From Eledone cirrhosa (Eukaryota), in assembly GCA_964016885.1 (NCBI GenBank), contig OZ024744.1, positions 134,168,001 to 134,232,000 on the forward strand: DNA of 64,000 nt, in the 5' to 3' direction. The notes below the pieces were generated by a model. It saw only the letters and a program-made list of their open reading frames with translations, did no database searches and was not told the DNA's origin. Each line of letters begins with the position of its first letter. The first letter of the stretch is position 1. The translations under genes and the position numbers were made by a program. Positions 21,401 through 34,400 of this stretch are shown piece by piece.

Positions 21401-24400
21401 TAAGTTGGTGTTGAGTTAAGTTGGGGTTAAGTTAAGTTGGGGTTAAGTTAAGTTGCAGTTAAGTTAAGTTGAGGTTAAGTTAAGGTGGGGTTAAGTTAAG
21501 TCGGGGTTAAGTTAAGTTGTGGTTGAGTTAAGTTGGGGTTAATTTAAGTTGGGGCTAAGTTAATTTGTGGTTAAGTTAAGTTGGGGTTAAGTTAAGTTGG
21601 GGTTAAGTTAAGTTGGGGTTGAGTTAAGTTGGGGTTGAGTTAATTTGGGGTTAAGTTAAGTTGGGGTTAAGTTAAGTTGGGTTTAAGTTAAGTTGGGGTT
21701 AAATTAAGTTGGGGTTAAATTAAGTTGGGGTTAAGTTAAGTTGGGGGTAAGTTAAGTTGGGGTTAAGTTAAGTTGGGGTTAAGTTAAGTTGGGGTTAAAT
21801 TAAGTTGGGGTTACGTTAAGTTGGTGTTAAGTTAAGTTGGGGTTAATTTAAGTTGGGGTTAATTAAGTTGGGGTTAAGTTAAGTTGGGGTTAAGTTAAGT
21901 TGGGGTTAAGTTAAGTTGGGGTTAAGTTAAGTTGGGGTTAAGTTAAGTTGGGGTTAAGTTAAGTTGAGGTTAAGTTAAGTTGGGGTTAAATTAAGTTGGG
22001 GGTAAGTTAAGTTGGGGTTAAGTTAAGTTGGGGTTAAGTTAAGTTGGGGTTAAGTTAAGTTGGGGTTAAGTTAAGTTGGGGTTAAGTTAAGTTGGTGTTA
22101 AGTTAAGTTGGGGCTAAGTTAAGTTGGGGCTGAGTTAAGTTGGGGCTGAGTTAAGTTGGGGTTAAGTTAAGTTGGGGTTGAGTTAAGTTGGGGTTAAGTT
22201 AAGTTGGGGTCAAGTTAAGTTGGGGTTAAGTTGGGGTTAAGTTAAGTTAGGTTTAAGTTAAGTTGGGGTTAAGTTAAGTTGGGGTTAAGTTAAGTTGGGG
22301 TTAAGTTAAGTTGGGGTTAAGTTAATTTGTGGTTAAGTTAAGTTGGGGTTAAGTTAAGTTGGGGTTAAGTTAAGTTGGGGTTAAGTTAAGTCGGGGTTAA
22401 GTTAAGTTGGGGTTAAGTTAAGTTGGGGTTAATTTAAGTTGGGGTTAAGTTAAGTTGGGGTTAAGTTAAGTTGGGGTTAAGTTAAGTTGGGGTTAAGTTA
22501 AGTTGGGGTTAAGTTAAGTTGAGGTTAAGTTAAGTTGGGGTTAAATTAAGTTGGGGTTAAGTTAAGTTGGGGTTAAGTTAAGTTGGGGTTAAGTTAAGTT
22601 AGGGATAAGTTAAGTTGGGGATAATTTAAGTTGGGGTTAAGTTAAGTTGGGTTTAAGTTAAGTTGGGGTTAAGTTAAGTTGGGGCTAAGTTAAGTTGGGG
22701 CTGAGTTAAGTTGGGGTTAAGTTAAGTTGGGCTTAATTTAAGTCGGGGTTAAGTTAAGTTAGGGTTCAGTTAAGTTGGGGTTAAGTTAAGTTGGGGTTAA
22801 GTTAAGTTGGGGTTAAGTTAAGTCGGGGTTAAGTTAAGTTGGGGTTAAGTTAAGTTGGGGTTAAGTTAAGTCGGGGTTAAGTTAAGTTGGGGTTAAGTTA
22901 AGTTGGGGTTAATTTAAGTTGGGGTTAAGTTAAGTTGGGGTTAAGTTAAGTTGGGGTTAAGTTAATATGGGGTTAATTTAAGTTGGGGTTAAGTTAAGTT
23001 GGGGTTAAGTTAAGTTGGGGTTAATTTAAGTTGGGGTTAAGTTAAGTTGGGGTTAAGTTAAGTCGGGGTTAAGTTAAGTCGGGGTTAAGTTAAGTTAGGG
23101 TTCAGTTAAGTTGGGGTTAAGTTAAGTTGGGGTTGAGTTAAGTTGGGGTTGAGTTAAATTGGGGTTGAGTTAAGTTGGGGTTGAGTTAAGTTGGTGTTGA
23201 GTTAAGTTGGGGTTAAGTTAAGTTGGGGTTAAGTTAATTTGTGGTTAAGTTAAGTTGGGGTTAAGTTAAGTTGGGGTTAAGTTAAGTTGGGGTTAAGTTA
23301 AGTCGGGGTTAAGTTAAGTTGGGGTTGAGTTAAGTTGGGGTTAATTTAAGTTGGGGTTAAGTTAAGTTGGGGTTAAGTTAAGTTGGGGTTAAGTTAAGTT
23401 GGGGTTAAGTTAAGTTGGGGTTAAGTTATATTGAGGTTAAGTTAAGTTGGGGTTAAATTAAGTTGGGGTTAAGTTAAGTTGGGGTTAAGTTAAGTTGGGG
23501 TTAAGTTAAGTTGGGGATAAGTTAAGTTGGGGATAATTTAAGTTGGGGTTAAGTTAAGTTGGGTTTAAGTTAAGTTGGGGTTAAGTTAAGTTGGGGATAA
23601 GTTAAGTTGGGGTTAAGTTAAGTTGGGGTTAAGTTAAGTTGGGGTTAAGTTAAGTTGGGGCTAAGTTAAGTTGGGGCTGAGTTAAGTTGGGGTTAAGTTA
23701 AGTTGGGGTTAAGTTAAGTTGGGGTTAATTTAAGTTGGGGTTTATTTAAGTTGGGGTTACGTTAAGTTGGTGTTAAGTTAAGTTGGGGTTAATTTAAGTT
23801 GGGGTTAATTAAGTTGGGGTTAAGTTAAGTTGGGGTTAAGTTAAGTTGGGGTTAATTTAAGTTGGGGTTGAGTTAAGTTGGGGTTAAGTTAAGTTGGGGT
23901 TATATTAAGTTGGGGTTAAGTTAAGTTGGGGTTCAGTTAAGTTGGGTATAATTTAAGTTGGGGTTAAGTTAAGTTGGGGTTAAGTTAAGTTGGGGTTAAG
24001 TTAAGTTGGTGTTAAGTTAAGTTGGGGCTAAGTTAAGTTGGGGCTGAGTTAAGTTGGGGCTGAGTTAAGTTGGGGTTAAGTTAAGTTGGGGTCAAGTTAA
24101 GTTGGGGTTAAGTTGGGGTTAAGTTAAGTTAGGTTTAAGTTAAGATGGGGTTAAGTTAAGTTGGGGTTAAGTTAAGTTGGGGTTAAGTTAATTTGTGGTT
24201 AAGTTAAGTTGGGGTTAAGTTAAGTTGGGGTTAAGTTAAGTTGGGGTTAAGTTAAGTCGGGGTTAAGTTAAGTTGGGGTTAAGTTAAGTTGGGGTTAATT
24301 TAAGTTGGGGTTAAGTTAAGTTGGGGTCAAGTTAAGTTGGGGTTAAGTTGGGGTTAAGTTAAGTTAGGTTTAAGTTAAGTTGGGGTTAAGTTAAGTTGGG

Positions 24401-27400
24401 GTTAAGTTAAGTTGGGGTTAAGTTAAGTTGGGGTTAAGTTAAGTTGGGGTTAAGTTAATTTGTGGTTAAGTTAAGTTGGGGTTAAGTTAAGTTGGGGTTA
24501 AGTTAAGTTGGGGTTAAGTTAAGTCGGGGTTAAGTTAAGTTGGGGTTAAGTTAAGTTGGGGTTAATTTAAGTTGGGGTTAAGTTAAGTTAGGGTTAAGTT
24601 AAGTTGGGGTTAAATTAAGTTGGGGTTAAGTTAAGTTGGGGTTAAGTCAAGTTGGGGTTAAGTTAAGTTGGGCATAAGTTAAGTTGGGGATAATTTAAGT
24701 TGGGGTTAAGTTAAGTTGGGTTTAAGTTAAGTTGGGGTTAAGTTAAGTTGGGGTTAAGTTAAGTTGGGGTTAAGTTAAGTTGGGGTTAAGTTAAGTTGGG
24801 GTTAAGTTAAGTTGGGGCTGAGTTAAGTTGGGGTTAAGTTAAGTTGGGCTTAATTTAAGTCGGGGTTAAGTTAAGTTAGGGTTTAGTTAAGTTGGGGTTA
24901 AGTTAAGTTGGGGTTAAGTTAAGTTGGGGTTAAGTTAAGTCGGGGTTAAGTTAAGTTGGGGTTAAGTTAAGTTGGGGTTAAGTTAAGTCGGGGTTAAGTT
25001 AAGTTGGGGTTAAGTTAAGTTGGGGTTAATTTAAGTTGGGGTTAAGTTAAGTTGGGGTTAAGTTAATTTGGGGTTAAGTTAAGATGGGGTTAATTTAAGT
25101 TGGGGTTAAGTTAAGTTGAGGTTAAGTTAAGTTGGGGTTAAATTAAGTTGGGGTTAAGTTAAGTTGGGGTTAAGTCAAGTTGGGGTTAAGTTAAGTTGGG
25201 GATAAGTTAAGTTGGGGATAATTTAAGTTGGGTTTAAGTTAAGTTGGGGTTAAGTTAAGTTGGGGTTAAGTTAAGTTGGGGTTAAGTTAAGTTGGGGTTA
25301 AGTTAAGTTGGAGTTTATTTAAGTTGGGGTTAAGTTAAGTTGGGGTTCAGTTAAGTTGGGGTTAAGTTAAGTTGGGGTTAAGATGGGGTTAAATTAAGTT
25401 GGGGTTAAGTTAAGTCGGGGTTAAGTTAAGTCGGGGTTAAGTTAAGTTAGGGTTCAGTTAAGTTGGGGTTAAGTTAAGTTGGGGTTGAGTTAAGTTGGGG
25501 TTGAGTTAAATTGGGGTTGAGTTAAGTTGGGGTTGAGTTAAGTTGGTTTTGAGTTAAGTTGGGGTTAAGTTAAGTTGGGGTTAAGTTAAGTTGCAGTTAA
25601 GTTAAGTTGAGGTTAAGTTAAGGTGCGGTTAAGTTAAGTTGGGGTTAAGTTAAGTTGGGGCTAAGTTAAGTTGGGGCTAAGTTAAGTTGGGGCTAAGTTA
25701 AGTTGGGGTTAAGTTAAGTCGAGGTTAAGTTAAGTTGGGGTTAAGTTAAGTTGAGGTTAATTTAATTTGGGGTTAAGTTAAGTTGGGGTTAAGTTAAGTT
25801 GGGGTTAAGTTAAGTTGGGGTTAAGTTAAGTTGGGTTTAAGTTAAGTTGCGGTTAAGTTAAGTTGGGGTCAAGTTAAGTTGGGGTTAAGTTAAGTTGGGG
25901 TTGAGTTAAGTTGGGGTTGAGTTAAATTGGCGTTGAGTTAAGTTGGGGTTGAGGTAAGTTGGTGTTGAGTTAAGTTGGGGTTAAGTTAAGTTGGGGTTAA
26001 GTTAAGTTGCAGTTAAGTTAAGTTGAGGTTAAGTTAAGGTGGGGTTAAGTTAAGTCGGGGTTAAGTTAAGTTGTGGTTGAGTTAAGTTGGGGTTAATTTA
26101 AGTTGGGGCTAAGTTAATTTGTGGTTAAGTTAAGTTGGGGTTAAGTTAAGTTGGGGTTAAGTTAAGTTGGGGTTGAGTTAAGTTGGGGTTGAGTTAATTT
26201 GGGGTTAAGTTAAGTTGGGGTTAAGTTAAGTTGGGTTTAAGTTAAGTTGGGGTTAAATTAAGTTGGGGTTAAATTAAGTTGGGGTTAAGTTAAGTTGGGG
26301 GTAAGTTAAGTTGGGGTTAAGTTAAGTTGGGGTTAAGTTAAGTTGGGGTTAAATTAAGTTGGGGTTACGTTAAGTTGGTGTTAAGTTAAGTTGGGGTTAA
26401 TTTAAGTTGGGGTTAATTAAGTTGGGGTTAAGTTAAGTTGGGGTTAAGTTAAGTTGGGGTTAAGTTAAGTTGGGGTTAAGTTAAGTTGGGGTTAAGTTAA
26501 GTTGAGGTTAAGTTAAGTTGGGGTTAAATTAAGTTGGGGGTAAGTTAAGTTGGGGTTAAGTTAAGTTGGGGTTAAGTTAAGTTGGGGTTAAGTTAAGTTG
26601 GGGTTAAGTTAAGTTGGGGTTAAGTTAAGTTGGTGTTAAGTTAAGTTGGGGCTAAGTTAAGTTGGGGCTGAGTTAAGTTGGGGCTGAGTTAAGTTGGGGT
26701 TAAGTTAAGTTGGGGTTGAGTTAAGTTGGGGTTAAGTTAAGTTGGGGTCAAGTTAAGTTGGGGTTAAGTTGGGGTTAAGTTAAGTTAGGTTTAAGTTAAG
26801 TTGGGGTTAAGTTAAGTTGGGGTTAAGTTAAGTTGGGGTTAAGTTAAGTTGGGGTTAAGTTAATTTGTGGTTAAGTTAAGTTGGGGTTAAGTTAAGTTGG
26901 GGTTAAGTTAAGTTGGGGTTACGTTAAGTCGGGGTTAAGTTAAGTTGGGGTTAAGTTAAGTTGGGGTTAATTTAAGTTGGGGTTAAGTTAAGTAGGGGTT
27001 AAGTTAAGTTGGGGTTAAGTTAAGTTGGGGTTAAGTTAAGTTGGGGTTAAGTTAAGTTGAGGTTAAGTTAAGTTGGGGTTAAATTAAGTTGGGGTTAAGT
27101 TAAGTTGGGGTTAAGTTAAGTTGGGGTTAAGTTAAGTTAGGGATAAGTTAAGTTGGGGATAATTTAAGTTGGGGTTAAGTTAAGTTGGGTTTAAGTTAAG
27201 TTGGGGTTAAGTTAAGTTGGGGCTAAGTTAAGTTGGGGCTGAGTTAAGTTGGGGTTAAGTTAAGTTGGGCTTAATTTAAGTCGGGGTTAAGTTAAGTTAG
27301 GGTTCAGTTAAGTTGGGGTTAAGTTAAGTTGGGGTTAAGTTAAGTTGGGGTTAAGTTAAGTCGGGGTTAAGTTAAGTTGGGGTTAAGTTAAGTTGGGGTT

Positions 27401-27520
27401 AAGTTAAGTCGGGGTTAAGTTAAGTTGGGGTTAAGTTAAGTTGGGGTTAATTTAAGTTGGGGTTAAGTTAAGTTGGGGTTAAGTTAAGTTGGGGTTAAGT
27501 TAATATGGGGTTAATCTAAG
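18430..27520 (+). repeat. About 4.6-kb tandem duplication nested in the 17.3-kb unit (also at about 35740-44820)
   Basis: ATATTGAGG 18811/23428 (4617); GTCGAGG 21166/25720 (4554); TTGCGG 21296/25850 (4554); TAATATGGGG 22967/27505 (4538). Confidence 0.88.
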
Positions 27521-27699
27521 TTGGGGTTAAGTTAAGTTGAGGTTAAGTTAAGTTGGGGTTAAATTAAGTTGGGGTTAAGTTAAGTTGGGGTTAAGTCAAG
27601 TTGGGGTTAAGTTAAGTTGGGGATAAGTTAAGTTGGGGATAATTTAAGTTGGGTTTAAGTTAAGTTGGGGTTAAGTTAAGTTGGGGTTAAGTTAAGTTG

Positions 27700-30600
27700 G
27701 GGTTAATTTAAGTTGGGGCTAAGTTAAGTTGGGACTGATTTAAGTTGGGGTTAAGTTAAGTTGGGGTTAAGTTAAGTTGGGGTTAAGTTAAGTTGGAGTT
27801 TATTTAAGTTGGGGTTAAGTTATGTTGGGGTTCAGTTAAGTTGGGGTTAAGTTAAGTTGGGGTTAAGATGGGGTTAAATTAAGTTGGGGTTAAGTTAAGT
27901 TGGGGTTAATTTAAGTTGGGGTTCAGTTAAGTTGGGGTTAAGTTAAGTCGGGGTTAAGTTAAGTCGGGGTTAAGTTAAGTTAGGGTTCAGTTAAGTTGGG
28001 GTTAAGTTAAGTTGGGGTTGAGTTAAGTTGGGGTTGAGTTAAATTGGGGTTGAGTTAAGTTGGGGTTGAGTTAAGTTGGTGTTGAGTTAAGTTGGGGTTA
28101 AGTTAAGTTGGGGTTAAGTTAATTTGTGGTTAAGTTAAGTTGGGGTTAAGTTAAGTTGGGGTTAAGTTAAGTTGGGGTTAAGTTAAGTCGGGGTTAAGTT
28201 AAGTTGGGGTTGAGTTAAGTTGGGGTTAATTTAAGTTGGGGTTAAGTTAAGTTGGGGTTAAGTTAAGTTGGGGTTAAGTTAAGTTGGGGTTAAGTTAAGT
28301 TGGGGTTAAGTTAAGTTGGGGTTAAATTAAGTTGGGGTTAAGTTAAGTTGGGGTTAAGTTAAGTTGGGGTTAAGTTAAGTTGGGGATAAGTTAAGTTGGG
28401 GATAATTTAAGTTGGGGTTAAGTTAAGTTGGGTTTAAGTTAAGTTGGGGTTAAGTTAAGTTGGGGATAAGTTAAGTTGGGGTTAAGTTAAGTTGGGGTTA
28501 AGTTAAGTTGGGGTTAAGTTAAGTTGGGGCTAAGTTAAGTTGGGGCTGAGTTAAGTTGGGGTTAAGTTAAGTTGGGGTTAAGTTAAGTTGGGGTTAATTT
28601 AAGTTGGGGTTTATTTAAGTTGGGGTTACGTTAAGTTGGTGTTAAGTTAAGTTGGGGTTAATTTAAGTTGGGGTTAATTAAGTTGGGGTTAAGTTAAGTT
28701 GGGGTTAATTTAAGTTGGGGTTGAGTTAAGTTGGGGTTAAGTTAAGTTGGGGTTATATTAAGTTGGGGTTAAGTTAAGTTGGGGTTCAGTTAAGTTGGGT
28801 ATAAGTTAAGTTGGGGTTAAGTTAAGTTGGGGTTAAGTTAAGTTGGGGTTAAGTTAAGTTGGTGTTAAGTTAAGTTGGGGCTAAGTTAAGTTGGGGCTGA
28901 GTTAAGTTGGGGCTGAGTTAAGTTGGGGTTAAGTTAAGTTGGGGTCAAGTTAAGTTGGGGTTAAGTTGGGGTTAAGTTAAGTTAGGTTTAAGTTAAGATG
29001 GGGTTAAGTTAAGTTGGGGTTAAGTTAAGTTGGGGTTAAGTTAATTTGTGGTTCAGTTAAGTTGGGGTTAAGTTAAGTTGGGGTTAAGTTAAGTTGGGGT
29101 TAAGTTAAGTCGGGGTTAAGTTAAGTTGGGGTTAAGTTAAGTTGGGGTTAATTTAAGTTGGGGTTAAGTTAAGTTGGGGTCAAGTTAAGTTGGGGTTAAG
29201 TTGGGGTTAAGTTAAGTTAGGTTTAAGTTAAGTTGGGGTTAAGTTAAGTTGGGGTTAAGTTAAGTTGGGGTTAAGTTAAGTTGGGGTTAAGTTAAGTTGG
29301 GGTTAAGTTAATTTGTGGTTAAGTTAAGTTGGGGTTAAGTTAAGTTGGGGTTAAGTTAAGTTGGGGTTAAGTTAAGTCGGGGTTAAGTTAAGTTGGGGTT
29401 AAGTTAAGTTGGGGTTAATTTAAGTTGGGGTTAAGTTAAGTTGGGGTTAAGTTAAGTTGGGGTTAAATTAAGTTGGGGTTAAGTTAAGTTGGGGTTAAGT
29501 CAAGTTGGGGTTAAGTTAAGTTGGGCATAAGTTAAGTTGGGGATAATTTAAGTTGGGGTTAAGTTAAGTTGGGGTTAAGTTAAGTTGGGGTTAAGTTAAG
29601 TTGGGGTTAATTTAAGTTGGGGCTAAGTTAAGTTGGGACTGAGTTAAGTTGGGGTTAAGTTAAGTTGGGGTTAAGTTAAGTTGGGGTTAAGTTAAGTTGG
29701 AGTTTATTTAAGTTGGGGTTAAGTTAAGTTGGGGTTCAGTTAAGTTGGGGTTAAGTTAAGTTGGGGTTAAGATGGGGTTAAATTAAGTTGGGGTTAAGTT
29801 AAGTTGGGGTTAATTTAAGTTGGGGTTAAGTTAAGTTGGGGTTAAGTTAAGTCGGGGTTAAGTTAAGTCGGGGTTAAGTTAAGTTAGGGTTCAGTTAAGT
29901 TGGGGTTAAGTTAAGTTGGGGTTGAGTTAAGTTGGGGTTGAGTTAAATTGGGGTTGAGTTAAGTTGGGGTTGAGTTAAGTTGGTGTTGAGTTAAGTTGGG
30001 GTTAAGTTAAGTTGGGGTTAAGTTAATTTGTGGTTAAGTTAAGTTGGGGTTAAGTTAAGTTGGGGTTAAGTTAAGTTGGGGTTAAGTTAAGTCGGGGTTA
30101 AGTTAAGTTGGGGTTGAGTTAAGTTGGGGTTAATTTAAGTTGGGGTTAAGTTAAGTTGGGGTTAAGTTAAGTTGGGGTTAAGTTAAGTTGGGGTTAAGTT
30201 AAGTTGGGGTTAAGTTAAGTTGAGGTTAAGTTAAGTTGGGGTTAAATTAAGTTGGGGTTAAGTTAAGTTGGGGTTAAGTTAAGTTGGGGTTAAGTTAAGT
30301 TGGGGATAAGTTAAGTTGGGGATAATTTAAGTTGGGGTTAAGTTAAGTTGGGTTTAAGTTAAGTTGGGGTTAAGTTAAGTTGGGGATAAGTTAAGTTGGG
30401 GTTAAGTTAAGTTGGGGTTAATTTAAGTTGGGGTTAAGTTAAGTTGGGGCTAAGTTAAGTTGGGGCTGAGTTAAGTTGGGGTTAAGTTAAGTTGGGGTTA
30501 AGTTAAGTTGGGGTTAATTTAAGTTGGGGTTTATTTAAGTTGGGGTTACGTTAAGTTGGTGTTAAGTTAAGTTGGGGTTAATTTAAGTTGGGGTTAATTA

Positions 30601-31460
30601 AGTTGGGGTTAAGTTAAGTTGGGGTTAATTTAAGTTGGGGTTGAGTTAAGTTGGGGTTAAGTTAAGTTGGGGTTATATTAAGTTGGGGTTAAGTTAAGTT
30701 GGGGTTAAGTTAAGTTGGGTATAAGTTAAGTTGGGGTTAAGTTAAGTTGGGGTTAAGTTAAGTTGGGGTTAAGTTAAGTTGGTGTTAAGTTAAGTTGGGG
30801 CTAAGTTAAGTTGGGGCTGAGTTAAGTTGGGGCTGAGTTAAGTTGGGGTTAAGTTAAGTTGGGGTCAAGTTAAGTTGGGGTTAAGTTGGGGTTAAGTTAA
30901 GTTAGGTTTAAGTTAAGATGGGGTTAAGTTAAGTTGGGGTTAAGTTAAGTTGGGGTTAAGTTAATTTGTGGTTCAGTTAAGTTGGGGTTAAGTTAAGTTG
31001 GGGTTAAGTTAAGTTGGGGTTAAGTTAAGTCGGGGTTAAGTTAAGTTGGGGTTAAGTTAAGTTGGGGTTAATTTAAGTTGGGGTTAAGTTAAGTTGGGGT
31101 CAAGTTAAGTTGGGGTTAAGTTGGGGTTAAGTTAAGTTAGGTTTAAGTTAAGTTGGGGTTAAGTTAAGTTGGGGTTAAGTTAAGTTGGGGTTAAGTTAAG
31201 TTGGGGTTAAGTTAATTTGTGGTTAAGTTAAGTTGGGGTTAAGTTAAGTTGGGGTTAAGTTAAGTTGGGGTTAAGTTAAGTCGGGGTTAAGTTAAGTTGG
31301 GGTTAAGTTAAGTTGGGGTTAATTTAAGTTGGGGTTAAGTTAAGTTGGGGTTAAGTTAAGTTGGGGTTAAATTAAGTTGGGGTTAAGTTAAGTTGGGGTT
31401 AAGTCAAGTTGGGGTTAAGTTAAGTTGGGCATAATTTAAGTTGGGGATAATTTAAGTTGG
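27700..31460 (+). repeat. About 1.9-kb tandem duplication nested in the 17.3-kb unit (also at about 45000-48760)
   Basis: The lines starting at 28621 and 30541 are identical (offset 1920); TTTGTGGTTCAG C at 29054/30974 (1920); GGGACTGA at 27734/29638 (1904). Confidence 0.85.
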
Positions 31461-34400
31461 GGTTAAGTTAAGTTGGGTTTAAGTTAAGTTGGGGTTAAGT
31501 TAAGTTGGGGTTAAGTTAAGTTGGGGTTAAGTTAAGTTGGGGTTAAGTTAAGTTGGGGCTAAGTTAAGTTGGGGCTGAGTTAAGTTGGGGTTAAGTTAAG
31601 TTGGGCTTAATTTAAGTCGGGGTTAAGTTAATTTGTGGTTCAGTTAAGTTGGGGTTAAGTTAAGTTGGGGTTAAGTTAAGTTGGGGTTAAGTTAAGTCGG
31701 GGTTAAGTTAAGTTGGGGTTAAGTTAAGTTGGGGTTAAGTTAATTCGGGGTTAAGTTAAGTTGGGGATAAATTAAGTTGGGGATAATTTAAGTTGGGTTT
31801 AAGTTAAGTTGGGGTTAAGTTAAGTTGGGGTTAAGTTAAGTTGGGGTTAAGTTAAGTTGGGGTTAATTTAAGTTGGGGCTAAGTTAAGTTGGGACTGAGT
31901 TAAGTTGGGGTTAAGTTAAGTTGGGGTTAAGTTAAGTTGGGGTTAAGTTAAGTTGGAGTTTATTTAAGTTGGGGTTAAGTTAAGTTGGGGTTCAGTTAAG
32001 TTGGGGTTAAGTTAAGTTGGGGTTAAGATGGGGTTAAATTAAGTTGGGGTTAAGTTAAGTCGGGGTTAAGTTAAGTCGGGGTTAAGTTAAGTTAGGGTTC
32101 AGTTAAGTTGGGGTTAAGTTAAGTTGGGGTTGAGTTAAGTTGGGGTTGAGTTAAATTGGGGTTGAGTTAAGTTGGGGTTGAGTTAAGTTGGTTTTGAGTT
32201 AAGTTGGGGTTAAGTTAAGTTGGGGTTAAGTTAAGTTGCAGTTAAGTTAAGTTGAGGTTAAGTTAAGGTGCGGTTAAGTTAAGTTGGGGTTAAGTTAAGT
32301 TGGGGCTAAGTTAAGTTGGGGCTAAGTTAAGTTGGGGCTAAGTTAAGTTGGGGTTAAGTTAAGTCGGGGTTAAGTTAAGTTGGGGTTAAGTTAAGTTGAG
32401 GTTAATTTAATTTGGGGTTAAGTTAAGTTGGGGTTAAGTTAAGTTGGGGTTAAGTTAAGTTGGGGTTAAGTTAAGTTGGGTTTAAGTTAAGTTGGGGTTA
32501 AGTTAAGTTGGGGTCAAGTTAAGTTGGGGTTAAGTTAAGTTGGGGTTGAGTTAAGTTGGGGTTGAGTTAAATTGGCGTTGAGTTAAGTTGGGGTTGAGTT
32601 AAGTTGGTGTTGAGTTAAGTTGGGGTTAAGTTAAGTTGGGGTTAAGTTAAGTTGCAGTTAAGTTAAGTTGAGGTTAAGTTAAGGTGGGGTTAAGTTAAGT
32701 CGGGGTTAAGTTAAGTTGTGGTTGAGTTAAGTTGGGGTTAATTTAAGTTGGGGCTAAGTTAATCTGTGGTTAAGTTAAGTTGGGGTTAAGTTAAGTTGGG
32801 GTTAAGTTAAGTTGGGGTTGAGTTAAGTTGGGGTTGAGTTAATTTGGGGTTAAGTTAAGTTGGGGTTAAGTTAAGTTGGGGTTAAATTAAGTTGGGGTTA
32901 AGTTAAGTTGGGGGTAAGTTAAGTTGGGGGCAAGTTAAGTTGGGGTTAATTTAAGTTGGGGTTAAATTAAGTTGGGGTTACGTTAAGTTGGTGTTAAGTT
33001 AAGTTGGGGTTAATTTAAGTTGGGGTTAATTAAGTTGGGGTTAAGTTAAGTTGGGGTTAAGTTAAGTTGGGGTTAAGTTAAGTTGGGGTTAAGTTAAGTT
33101 GGGGTTAAGTTAAGTTGAGGTTAAGTTAAGTTGGGGTTAAATTAAGTTGGGGTTAAGTTAAGTTGGGGTTAAGTTAAGTTGGGGTTAAGTTAAGTTGGGG
33201 TTAAGTTAAGTTGGTGTTAAGTTAAGTTGGGGCTAAGTTAAGTTGGGGCTGAGTTAAGTTGGGGCTGAGTTAAGTTGGGGTTAAGTTAAGTTGGGGTTGA
33301 GTTAAGTTGGGGTTAAGTTAAGTTGGGGTCAAGTTAAGTTGGGGTTAAGTTGGGGTTAAGTTAAGTTAGGTTTAAGTTAAGTTGGGGTTAAGTTAAGTTG
33401 GGGTTAAGTTAAGTTGGGGTTAAGTTAAGTTGGGGTTAAGTTAATATGTGGTTAAGTTAAGTTGGGGTTAAGTTAAGTTGGGGTTAAGTTAAGTTGGGGT
33501 TAAGTTAAGTCGGGGTTAAGTTAAGTTGGGGTTAAGTTAAGTTGGGGTTAATTTAAGTTGGGGTTAAGTTAAGTTGGGGTTAAGTTAAGTTGGGGTTAAG
33601 TTAAGTTGGGGTTAAGTTAAGTTGGGGTTAAGTTAAGTTGAGGTTAAGTTAAGTTGGGGTTAAATTAAGTTGGGGTTAAGTTAAGTTGGGGTTAAGTTAA
33701 GTTGGGGTTAAGTTAAGTTAGGGATAAGTTAAGTTGGGGATAATTTAAGTTGGGGTTAAGTTAAGTTGGGTTTAAGTTAAGTTGGGGATAAGTTAAGTTG
33801 GGGATAAGTTAAGTTGGGGTTAAGTTAATTTGGGGTTAAGTTAAGTTGGGGCTAAGTTAAGTTGGGGCTGAGTTAAGTTGGGGTTAAGTTAAGTTGGGGT
33901 TAAGTTAAGTTGGGGTTAATTTAAGTTGGGGTTTATTTAAGTTGGGGTTACGTTAAATTGGTGTTAAGTTAAGTTGGGGTTAATTTAAGTTGGGGTTAAT
34001 TAAGTTGGGGTTAAGTTAAGTTGGGGTTAAGTTAAGTTGGGGTTAATTTAAGTTGGGGTTGAGTTAAGTTGGGGTTAAGTTAAGTTGGGGTTATATTAAG
34101 TTGGGGTTAAGTTAAGTTGGGGTTCAGTTAAGTTGGAGATAAGTTAAGTTGGGGTTAAGTTAAGTTGGGGTTAAGTTAAGTTGGTGTTAAGTTAAGTTGG
34201 GGCTAATTTATGTTGGGGCTGAGTTAAGTTGGGGCTGAGTTAAGTTGGGGTTAAGTTAAGTTAGGTTTAAGTTAAGTTGGGGTTAAGTTAAGTTGGGGTT
34301 AAGTTAAGTTGGGGTTAAATTAAGTTGGGGTTAAGTTAAGTTGGGGTTAAGTTAATTTGTGGTTAAGTTAAGTTGGGGTTAGGTTAAGTTGGGGTTAAGT

